The notes beneath the pieces were generated by a model. The model made no database searches, was not told the origin of the DNA, and worked only from the letters and a program-made list of their open reading frames with translations. Shown piece by piece: positions 39,328 through 49,127 of a DNA stretch of 64,000 bases (positions are counted from its first letter, which is position 1; the number at the start of each line of letters is the position of its first letter). The DNA comes from Gemmatimonadota bacterium. GTDB lineage: Bacteria > JBHIER01 > G020348925. The stretch covers positions 2,247,688 through 2,311,687 of the forward strand of contig CP070758.1 in NCBI GenBank assembly GCA_020348925.1, in the 5' to 3' direction. Both the position numbers and the translations under genes were made by a program.

Positions 39328-42300
39328 TCAGAGGTTGTTCGAACATATCTCTTTCTCCTTTTCGTAGTCCTTCAGCTTCAGGACAACAAAAGTGATGTCG
39401 TCCTCCTGCGGTCTGCTGCCTCGCCATCTTTCGCCAGCATCAACTAAATGGGTTATGATATCTTTCGGCGAATTATCGACGACCTCTTTAAAAACCTGCT
39501 TAATGCGCGGATAGTCCAGCATCTCTTCACGCTCATTGAAGAGTTCGGCGTATCCATCACTCATTAGAAGTATCGTATCTCCGGTTTTGATGTGTGTCTC
39601 CTTTTGCTCATATGAAAATCCTTCGATCCATCCCAAAGGTATCCCTCCCGTCTCCATCTCCTCGATAATCTGCGTTTCCTTTCTGTAGACTAAGATTGGG
39701 GGCATACCCGCGGTCGTAAGGCTCATCTGGTTCTCTTTGATTCTTAACACTGCCATGCACATGTAAAGTTGTTCCATGTGCATCTTCTTCAGAATGTCTG
39801 TGGATCTGTTGAAAAAATCGGACACCTCCATCTCGTAGGGGAGGGCTTTAAACAAGCTCTTCATCGACACAACCATATTCCCTGCCTTCATGCCGTGTCC
39901 GGTGGCATCCCCAATTGCGACTGTCAACGTGCCGTCTTTCGCCTGGTGAAAATCATAGTAATCCCCCCCGACTTCACTGGCCGTTTTCATGTAAACCGCA
40001 ATGTCGATGTTCGGAAGCTGGGGCATCTCCTTCGGCAGCATGGAAAGCTGAAGTCTGCGCGCCTCCTCCAATTCGTGAGTTTTCCGCTCGTTCTCGACTT
40101 GAATAGCCCGTGCCTCGGCTTCAGCCGCCAGTGCTCTCAATTCGACCTCACGCATTCTGGCTTTTTCTCTCTCCCGTTTTTTTTCGAACCGGACAATCCC
40201 GTAGAAAATTGTAAAAACCACAAGGAAATATATACTATACGCCCACAGCGTTCTCCACCAGGGTGGTCTTATGGTGATTCGAAGGAATGTTCCCTCCTCA
40301 TTCCAAACGCCGTCGCTGTTCGAACCTTTGACGCGAAATATGTACTCGCCCGCCGGCAAGTTGCTGTAATTCACATAACGGCGATTCCCGCTGTACACCC
40401 AATCTTCTTCGAATCCCTCAAGCATATAGATGTATTCATTCTCCTCGGGAGATGTAAAATCGAGTGCTGCAAATTGAAAGGAGATATGATTTTCTCTGTG
40501 AGACAACTCAATTTCACGTGTCTCTGTGATGGTTTTCCGCAACGGTGAATTTTCCCCGTGCGATACTGTCTCATTGAAGATCTGGAAATCAGTGATGACG
40601 ACAGGTGGAATATATGGATTATCCTTTATACTGTCCGGGAAGAATACGTTGAAGCCATTCCTGCCGCCAAAAAACATCTCCCCACTCTTACTTTTGTAAC
40701 ATGCACCCACAAAAAATTCGTTGTCCTGTAATCCATCGGTGACATTGTAATTTTTGAATGTCTCTGTTTTTGGATTGAACTTCGATAAACCTTTCATCGT
40801 GCTCAGCCAGAGGTTGCCGTGGTTGTCCTCGAGAATCCCGTGAACAAAATCACTGGGTAATCCATCCTTCTCCCGGTAGTGGGTGAAAGTCTCTCTGTCC
40901 CTGTCAAGTTTATTGAGACCGCCCTCAGTCCCAAACCAGAGAATCCCCGAATTGTCTTCATACATTGACAATACGAGATTATGACTAAGGCTGTGTGGAT
41001 CGGCAGGATCAAATTGATACCGTATGAAAGTTTTCGTCTCTCCATGAGACTCCCCGGTTTCACTCAAAGCAAGTTTATTGAGACCGCTCCACAACGATGC
41101 ACCGACCCAAAGATCTCCCCTTCTATCTATATACACAGACTGGATGGTATTGTCACTTAAACTGTGAGGATCATCAGGATCGGATTGATATCGGGTAAAA
41201 CGTTCGGTTCTTCGATCGAATGCATTCAAACCTCTGTTCCCTGTCCCGATCCAGAGAAGGCCCGATTTGTCCTCACTCATCGATCCGACAAAATCGCTGC
41301 TCAAGCTGTAGGGATCTTCTGGATCGTTTCGATAGTGCGTGAATCGACCGGTACCCCCTTCGAACCGATTCAGACCTCCTCCCTGGGTCCCGATCCAAAG
41401 TTCACCGTAGCTGTCTTCGAAAAGTGTCGCAACCGAGTTGTGACTTAAACTGAATGGATTGTGAGGTTCGTGTTGATAATGCGTGAACGTCCGATCCTCG
41501 GGATGAAACCTATTGAGCCCACCACCATAGGTCCCGATCCAGAGCGTCCCGTTATGGTCCTCACAGAAGGATGAGACAAAGGGGCTGCTTAGACTTTTGG
41601 GGTAATCAGGGTTCGACTGGTATAGGAAAAATGGTTTTTTCCGACGATCAAAAGTATTGAGCCCGCCGCCAAAGGTACCCACCCAGAGCAGTCCCGATTT
41701 ATCCTCGTAAATGGAAGCGACTTCATAGGTACTGAGGCTATGGGGATTGTTCCTGTCGTATTGGTAGCTGACAAACCTGTCAGCATCTCGGTCATAGAGG
41801 TGAAGTCCACCGCCCAACGTTCCAAGCCAGAGTGCGCCTTTTCGATCCTCATACATGGTCCAGATTTGATTGCTCTCCAAACTGTACGGATCGTCAGGAT
41901 CAAATTGGTAGCGCGTGAATCTCCCGGTTTCCCGATCCAGCCTGTTGAGACCTCCTATGAAAGTCCCCACCCAGAGAAATCCTAATTGATCCTCAAGGAT
42001 AGACCAGACGTTATCTTCGCTGAGGCTGTGGGGATCGTTCGGATCGTGTCGATAGTGCGTGTACTTTCCCGTTTCGCGATCGAATTTATCGAGCCCGCCA
42101 AAGGTTCCGACCCAGAGCGTCCCCTCTCTATCCTCATAAATCGTAAAGACCTGATCGCTACTCAGTGTCGTGGGATCATGTGGGTCGTTCTGGTAATGTA
42201 TAAAAGTAACAGAAGTATCACTCCGCACGAGTCTATTGAGTCCACCACCCTCACTTCCGATCCAGAGGATACCCAGATGATCTTCAAACATCGCCATAAC

Positions 42301-42756
42301 TCTGCCATGACTCAAGCTGTGAGGATCATCAGGGTCATGCTGATAGCGTTTGAATATCTCCTGTTCTCGATCGAACCGATTCAGCCCGTTCTCCGTCCCG
42401 ATCCAAAGAATTCCTTCTCTATCCTCGTGCAGTGCCCTGACAAAATTATGACTCAGACTTTTCGGATCGTTCGAATCATGTCTATATTCGACAAAGTTGT
42501 AGCCGTCATAACGATTCAATCCATCTTCTGTGCCGAACCACATAAATCCTCTGGTGTCTTGAAGGATTGCCTGAACGTTACTCTGGGAAAGTCCGTGCTC
42601 TATGGAAAGATGCTTGAATTGTACATCGATATGTTGGGCATTCAGATTTACTGAAAAAAGTACAGTGAGAAAAAATATGATGTACATCATACGAAAGACA
42701 TCTCTCCTCTTCAATCGAAGATAGCGGTATGTATGGGATTGACGATCTCTGTTCAT
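39328..42756 (-). CDS. Membrane sensor: two-component-regulator propeller repeats, Y_Y_Y domain, TM segment and SpoIIE/RsbU PP2C phosphatase
   Basis: Many ED..G.LW.GT..GL repeats; YSNLPAGEYIFRVKGSNSDGVW; VGGDYYD, GDATGHG, SDG and DDIT motifs. The start may lie slightly downstream. Confidence 0.9.
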   Translation of the reverse strand: MNRDRQSHTYRYLRLKRRDVFRMMYIIFFLTVLFSVNLNAQHIDVQFKHLSIEHGLSQSNVQAILQDTRGFMWFGTEDGLNRYDGYNFVEYRHDSNDPKSLSHNFVRALHEDREGILWIGTENGLNRFDREQEIFKRYQHDPDDPHSLSHGRVMAMFEDHLGILWIGSEGGGLNRLVRSDTSVTFIHYQNDPHDPTTLSSDQVFTIYEDREGTLWVGTFGGLDKFDRETGKYTHYRHDPNDPHSLSEDNVWSILEDQLGFLWVGTFIGGLNRLDRETGRFTRYQFDPDDPYSLESNQIWTMYEDRKGALWLGTLGGGLHLYDRDADRFVSYQYDRNNPHSLSTYEVASIYEDKSGLLWVGTFGGGLNTFDRRKKPFFLYQSNPDYPKSLSSPFVSSFCEDHNGTLWIGTYGGGLNRFHPEDRTFTHYQHEPHNPFSLSHNSVATLFEDSYGELWIGTQGGGLNRFEGGTGRFTHYRNDPEDPYSLSSDFVGSMSEDKSGLLWIGTGNRGLNAFDRRTERFTRYQSDPDDPHSLSDNTIQSVYIDRRGDLWVGASLWSGLNKLALSETGESHGETKTFIRYQFDPADPHSLSHNLVLSMYEDNSGILWFGTEGGLNKLDRDRETFTHYREKDGLPSDFVHGILEDNHGNLWLSTMKGLSKFNPKTETFKNYNVTDGLQDNEFFVGACYKSKSGEMFFGGRNGFNVFFPDSIKDNPYIPPVVITDFQIFNETVSHGENSPLRKTITETREIELSHRENHISFQFAALDFTSPEENEYIYMLEGFEEDWVYSGNRRYVNYSNLPAGEYIFRVKGSNSDGVWNEEGTFLRITIRPPWWRTLWAYSIYFLVVFTIFYGIVRFEKKREREKARMREVELRALAAEAEARAIQVENERKTHELEEARRLQLSMLPKEMPQLPNIDIAVYMKTASEVGGDYYDFHQAKDGTLTVAIGDATGHGMKAGNMVVSMKSLFKALPYEMEVSDFFNRSTDILKKMHMEQLYMCMAVLRIKENQMSLTTAGMPPILVYRKETQIIEEMETGGIPLGWIEGFSYEQKETHIKTGDTILLMSDGYAELFNEREEMLDYPRIKQVFKEVVDNSPKDIITHLVDAGERWRGSRPQEDDITFVVLKLKDYEKEKEICSNNL

Positions 42757-42810
42757 TTATTATTCAATGGAAAAATGCAGAAAAAAGTTAGTGCTGAATT
42801 CCCTGTTGAA

Positions 42811-43626
42811 TTAAAAACCAGTCACTGTAATAAATCCATTGACGACTGACAACTCGATTTCACCTGCACCCGCTCCAAATAAGCCTGTGACAGATGTGGG
42901 TGTGATCGTCTGATTTTGAAGGGACACATTTGAAAGATTGATCGATCCGGATGAAATGTGAGCGGAAAAGTCCGCCGATGTAGATTGCGGAATCAACAAG
43001 TCAATAGTGCCATTGACAACTGACAAACCACATATGCCTGATGCAGGCAAGGATATTTTACTGTCAATGCCTCCGTTGACAAGTCCCCCATTGACGCTCC
43101 CTGAAATATCCCAGAGGCGCATATTTCCGTTCACCAGGTTCGATATTACGGAATTCTCCATCGACGATATCGAAACGTTGCCGTTCACTTGTCCAATATC
43201 TAATTGCCAGCCGCCAGGTATTCGAATGTTGTAATCCACGATGTAGTTCCGACCAGAACTCTGGTCAGGCTGTTCGGTCCGGATCGATATTCTGTCCTCG
43301 CTCTCGCTCATTTCAACAGAGAGATCCGGCAAATGCGCATCGGCATCGGCCCGGCTGTTTGATTCGACTCTCCGCTCTCCCCAAACCGTCACCGAATCTA
43401 TGGAGGACACACCCTCAATGTCAACAGTGCCATTGATAGCGTTCAGCTGAAGGCCTGAAAGGTTTTTAATCGCAATTTGGTAGTAAAAATCTTCCGAGGC
43501 GGAAAAATCCGGTCCAACTGTGGAGGAATCATTATCACAGAATAAAAATAAAAAACCGAGCATTCCCACGATGAGGATGAATAGAGAAGCATTTCTGATT
43601 GAGAAACTTAAAACCTTCATGTCCAT
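42811..43626 (-). CDS. DUF4097 (adhesin-like beta-strand repeat) protein, probably exported
   Basis: Repeated VNG.(V/I) strands and VDYNIRIP; AAAGGAG RBS before ATG 43626. Confidence 0.75.
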   Translation of the reverse strand: MDMKVLSFSIRNASLFILIVGMLGFLFLFCDNDSSTVGPDFSASEDFYYQIAIKNLSGLQLNAINGTVDIEGVSSIDSVTVWGERRVESNSRADADAHLPDLSVEMSESEDRISIRTEQPDQSSGRNYIVDYNIRIPGGWQLDIGQVNGNVSISSMENSVISNLVNGNMRLWDISGSVNGGLVNGGIDSKISLPASGICGLSVVNGTIDLLIPQSTSADFSAHISSGSINLSNVSLQNQTITPTSVTGLFGAGAGEIELSVVNGFITVTGF

Positions 43627-43872
43627 CTCCTTTCTCTCAATTGAACGATCCGCCCTGAAGTGACCACCGATCCGATTGCAATTCGCATCCATCTTTTTTC
43701 GCAAATATACTACAATTTATATAGATAATAGCACAGCACCAACCATTTTGAACAAATCAAAACCACCGTTTTTTTAAGTCTCTATCCGATGAAGAATCTT
43801 CCGGAGGTTTTCCCATAACTTCCCGGACTCTTGAAGTTTTCAAAACGTCGGGTGTCTCTCACACAGCAACAG

Positions 43873-43909
43873 AAAAGCCGCCCCCGTTCGGAAACCAGAG
43901 CGGCTTTTT
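43873..43909 (-). terminator. Intrinsic terminator of paralog A
   Basis: Minus strand AAAAAGCCGCTCTGGTTTCCGAACGGGGGCGGCTTTT; homologous to 53663-53696. Confidence 0.75.
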
Positions 43910-43930
43910 CTCTTCTCTCTCAGATCACAA

Positions 43931-46900
43931 CTACTTCATGAGCACCATCCGCCTGGTGGCTGTAAATTCACCCCGATTGTCCTGCGATGTTCCCTTCGCC
44001 ACAATTCGGTAGAAATACACCCCACTGGCTATTACATTCGCATCCCACGTGGCTGTGTAGTATCCGGCCTCCTGTTCACCATCAACCAAAACGTCCACCA
44101 CCTGCCCCAAGAGGTTATATACCGATACCTTCACCTTCGCAGCCTCCGGCAAGGCATATTCGATATGCGTCACCGGGTTGAACGGATTCGGATAATTTTG
44201 AGCCAGGCTGTACTGCGTCGGCGCAAAATCACCGGCCTTCACCGTAAAAACCGATCCCTGTCCAAACGTAATACCCTCGTCAACCGTAAAAACAATAGGT
44301 TCCTCCACCTCAATACGCACCGCTTCCACGTCCTCGGCGACTGCGAAGGGGACACGCACCACGGAACCAGAACCGGCTTCTATAGCCGTTCCCCGCATAC
44401 TCGACAAAAAGACCACCAGCTCATCACCGACAATCCTGGAACGCACGTCCATTCCTTGAGACCTCTGCGTCAGATCAGGTTTTCCTGGTATCACAACGTT
44501 CTGATCGTACCTGAAGCGCAGCACCACGCCGGCCACATCCACCTCCGAGGAGACACTCACAGGCACCGCCACCGTCCGCCCCGACACGCCCACCACACCT
44601 CCCACCTCAACATCGGCCACGGCCACCTTCGGATCGCACACCCCCACCGCCCGGTTGATGCACTTCATCAAATCGATGACGTTCACCAGACCATCGCCGT
44701 TGGCATCGGCCGCCCACATCGGCTGACCGGGCTGCGTGACGTCCGGGATCTCATCACCATTGCCGTCCCCGGGAAACGGGTCCTCACCCACAATGTGATC
44801 CAGCATGCCAAACAGATCCATCAACGTCACCGTCGTATCCGGCACCCCGGATGAACCCGTCACATCACACTTGGCCGGCACCATGTACCCCCCAAAACAG
44901 ATCTGACCCTTGTCCTCGTACTTCAGACACAGCGGCTCCTTGGGTTGGCCCTCCCAATCCGGCAGCCCATCCAGAATCACCGAACCGTACCATATATCTG
45001 CACACCGGCCTGCCGGCGCACCCGCCAATATCTCAAAGGTCACCGTCACGATCGACAGCAAACCCTCGTGATAATACCGCGGCGGCAACGCACAGTGCGC
45101 AACAGGATCATTCGGCAATATCCTCGGATGCACCGGCGTCGAATACAGCGCGATCTCGTGCAACCCAGGCACCAACTGCCTATGGACAAGCTCAAACCCT
45201 GACGTCCGAACCGTCGTCGCCACATCCACCACCCTCAGGTAGTCTCCCTCATAACCGAGTTCGATCTGGGCAGCCGATACCGGAGCCTCGTTGTCCAGCA
45301 TCAAACCGATATCGACCCTGTCGCCCGGAAACAACGTCGGATCCTGACCGCCACAACTCTCCGAATACTTGAAGGCCACCTTGATCCCGCTGGTGTCCCG
45401 GATGCACATGCCGGTAAAGGGCATGAACTTGATCTCCACCACATTCGTATCCCGGTCACAGTACCCCCTGACCGCATGCACCACCACGTGGGCCGGCATA
45501 CTGAGCGGGGGTGTCAGCCCCTTGGGTATAATGGTCAGGTTGGCCTCAGCCGTCTCCCCGGGCTCCAGCCAGAAGTTCTCCTCATCAAAGGCATACTCCC
45601 ACCCATCCGGTATGTGCGGAGGGAAAGCGCTCTCGTCGATCCACAGGTCGATATGATCGAGATACGGCTCCTCGTTGTAAACCGGAATCGGTATGGTCAC
45701 CGGCTTCCACGTCGAATCCTCATTCACCCAGCGGTGCTTCGACCACAACCAGCGCTCGCAATCGCGCAGATATTCAGTCGTGGAATCCTCCACCGTCCAG
45801 CGCCATGTCCCCGGCTCCTCTCCGGGCGTCAAACAGTGACGGCGGACCACCGGATAGTCGATGACGATGTTCCGAGCATACTGCTGATAATAGGTACACT
45901 CCAGATCCTCGTACTCGAAAAACGGCGTCCTGTAATGGTACGGGGCCACCACCTGACGCCCGAATCCTCCTATACCTCCCCACAGGACAGTATCATACAC
46001 CATCACCTCAAAGGCCGGAAAGAAGAGACCCCAGGGTGCCAGGCCGAAGCTGATCTTGGGATAGGCGCTGTTGGGACCGTCGTTGACCACCGTGGCAGAG
46101 ACATCGTAGGCCGTGTTGTGACACGGATACATGGGGCTCCATCGGATCTCCTCCACGTGCACCGGCTGGACAGGACGTCCGTCAGGTCCCAGATACATGT
46201 GCTCCGGGTAGGGCAGAAACTCGATCTCAACATAACCCCACTCGCCGTTGCACTTGAAGGCCTTGACCTTGATGACGACGGACCCCTCGGGCTCCACTCC
46301 TCCGGGCCAGACGGTTATAATCACATTCTCCGTGGCCCCAGGTGGCAGGATCCGATCCGTCCAGCTCAGATCGGCCCGCCAGTTCTCCGGCAGGTCGGTC
46401 ACCAGCAGCTCAAACCGCATGGGATCGGCGTGCTCGTTGTGCACCGGTATGGTGATGGGTGCCAGGCCCCACCGCACAGGCTCCTTGTCCCACGGCCCGT
46501 CAGGCCAGACCGTCATCCGACCCCGACGACTGTAATACCATGTCGGTTCACGATTCTCAGAACAGAAATACATATCCCGCGTCCATTCCACCATCATGTT
46601 TCGCGACCACCAGTTATGCCTGTCAACACTGTGCCTGAACTGACACTCACATGCCACGCTGGAAGATCCCATCGCCGGAATCTGCACCTCGCCCCCACAA
46701 ATCTGCCGAGATTGAGCAATGAACAATCCCCACTGAGCCTCCCAAAACCGATAGTTCAAGGTCACATCCACATCACATTCATTGTGAAATGTTGCTCTGA
46801 CCGCATACGGATCACCCTCGCAGGGATACTGCCCACGATACGGATGGCTCCAGGTGATGTCCGGCTCACGGATCTTGACACACCCGGGCTCGTAGTCCAG

Positions 46901-47994
46901 GCAAACCTTCACCATGTATTCGTACCCGGGGAAGCACTTCCACTCCTCCTGCTGCCCGTTGTATATCCACGAGTGGCTCACCGCATGGCCCGCATCCCCC
47001 AACATCCTCGGCCGGCTCTCACCCTCCTTCATTCTCCAGACGATGAAGAAACAGCTCTTGGCCGGGATCTGGATGCAGGGACCATCCCCCAGATCGACCT
47101 CCTCCCACTCCCAGTTACCGGTAAAATCGCCGGCTCCAACCTCTCCCAAAAATACACCCAGCGGGCTTTCCCCGGGTGGGAGGGGCTGGCAGGTGGGACA
47201 GGAGCCCCCACGACTCGTATAGACCCACAGGTCCACGGACCCCGGATCGTACCACTGGAAAAAGATCGAGGTCAGCCTGGCCTCGCCCTTGGGATTGTAA
47301 AAGCCCACGGCGTAGGTGTCCTGATCGGCAAAAGCAGGACCGCTGCCCACGAGGAAATCCTCTGCCGGCTCGCTCAGGTTATGGTCCAGGCACGTATCCC
47401 CCCACCCCACGGCCGGCAATCTCCGCAGCGGGAAATTATTATTGAAGACGTCCGGATCATCGGCCTCGATATAAAAGCTCAGGTAGTAGTTTGTGCAGGC
47501 GTTGGATGAGAGCACACCCGTATTGCCCACTTCACCGTAACCCAGGACCACTGGATTGGGTCCCGAAGGATAGTAGGGTCCCGCCTGGGGGGGGCAGTCT
47601 GTGCTCAGGGACATGCTCGGCGGATAGGTCACGGTCAGGGTGTACAACCCTCCCCCGGGTGGAGGGTCGAGGAGAAACTGGTAGTATCCTGAGGACCCAT
47701 TATGGAGAATCGTGATGGTGCCCGGCCCGTTCACCTCGACCCGGCCTCCGGTAATGATCTCCCCTGAGAACTCATCGTAGAAATAGCCGGTGGGATCGTA
47801 GTCGGCGTAATCGGGAATACCGTCCCCGTCCCGGTCCCCGTCCCCCTCGTCACTGTCCAGTACGCCGTCGTCGTCGGAGTCCTGGCAGTGGTTGCCAATA
47901 CCGTCGTCATTGAAATCCTCCTGGCCGGGATTGTATACCGCCGGACAGTTGTCACAGACGTCACCCACCCCGTCCACATCCCCGTCCTCCTGAC
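43931..47994 (-). CDS. Paralog A (5' end lost in gap): TSP3-like repeats, conserved core, cohesin-like, dockerin-like, cohesin-like, T9SS-A/FlgD-like CTD
   Basis: [17 protein letters not shown] repeats; core starts [32 protein letters not shown]...TRRMVLMK. Confidence 0.85.
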
Positions 47995-48094
47995 NNNNNN
48001 NNNNNNNNNNNNNNNNNNNNNNNNNNNNNNNNNNNNNNNNNNNNNNNNNNNNNNNNNNNNNNNNNNNNNNNNNNNNNNNNNNNNNNNNNNNNNN

Positions 48095-48711
48095 CGGAGC
48101 AGGACGTGGCCGGAGTGCTGCTGCGGTTCCGGTACGATCAGAAGAGTCTGACGGCCGGGGAGCCGGAGTTGACGGTTCGGTCGGAAGGGATGGATGTGAG
48201 CTCTCGGGTGATCGGGGATGAGCTGGTGGTCTTTGTCTCCAGCATGAGGGGAGAGGCTATCGAGGCCGGAGCCGGTTCGGTGGTGCGTGTGCCCTTCACC
48301 CTGACCGGCGATGTGTCGGAGGTGGGGATCGAGGTGGTTGAGCCCGTGGTCTTCACCGTGGATGAGGCCATTGTTTTCGGTCATGGCTCGATGTTCGTGG
48401 TCAAATCCGAGGATCTGGTGCCGGCCGAGTACGGTCTGGCCCAGAATTACCCGAATCCGTTCAACCCGGTGACGTCGATCGCCTACAGTCTGCCTCAGGC
48501 GGCCAAGGTGAAGGTGTTTGTCTACAACACGTTGGGACAGGTTGTGGCCGAGCTGGTGGACGGCGATCAGGAGGCCGGGCATCATGTGGTCAAGTGGGAT
48601 GCCGGAGAGTTGGCCAGTGGTGTCTACTTCTACCGGATTGAAGCGAATGGAACATCCCGAGAAAATCGGGGCGACTTCACAGCCACCCGACGCATGGTGT
48701 TGATGAAATAG
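48095..48711 (+). CDS. Paralog B, C-terminal fragment (cohesin-like plus CTD; 5' part lost in gap)
   Basis: Highly similar to 53011-53603 at the DNA level; ends QNYPNPFNP...TRRMVLMK. Confidence 0.85.
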
Positions 48712-48760
48712 AAAGGTTCAAAAGTCTAAAAGCATGTCCTGAGCTAAGGCGAAGAATCTC

Positions 48761-48808
48761 AAAATAAAACCTCCCGAAGGTTCAGAATTCTTCGGGAGGT
48801 TTTATTTT
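48761..48808 (+). terminator. Long hairpin / terminator after paralog B
   Basis: AAAATAAAACCTCCCGAAG-loop-CTTCGGGAGGTTTTATTTT perfect inverted repeat. Confidence 0.75.
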
Positions 48809-48947
48809 GTATGGAGTGCGTCGATAGAAACGGAGCGCTTTCAAATGCAAAATCATAGACTCTCGAAAAATGCGATATAGAATCCCCAGCAATAAATATT
48901 CATTTAGGGGGGCCTTGGAATTCTTCGAACAAATAAGTAAAAAATGC

Positions 48948-48976
48948 TTGACATAAAAGGGCTTACATAGTATATT
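48948..48976 (+). promoter_or_regulatory. sigma70-type promoter of paralog C
   Basis: TTGACA-N17-TATATT. Confidence 0.6.
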
Positions 48977-49127
48977 GCAAAACATTAGTCAGATACCTTG
49001 CTACAAGAGAGATCGAATAATTTGATTTCAATCCTTTTACACCGGATTCAAAAAAAAGTGGCGCACAATTCCAGAAACTTCTTATCAATTTTTTCACATT
49101 TCTTTTTATTCTAACACAAGGGAGGAC

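Noticed and set aside
45476-47509. Long opposite-strand ORFs (677 aa here; also 2698-4134, 59066-60100, 61316-62374)
   Set aside because: Antisense shadows of well-supported GC-rich genes, with no recognisable motifs or RBS.
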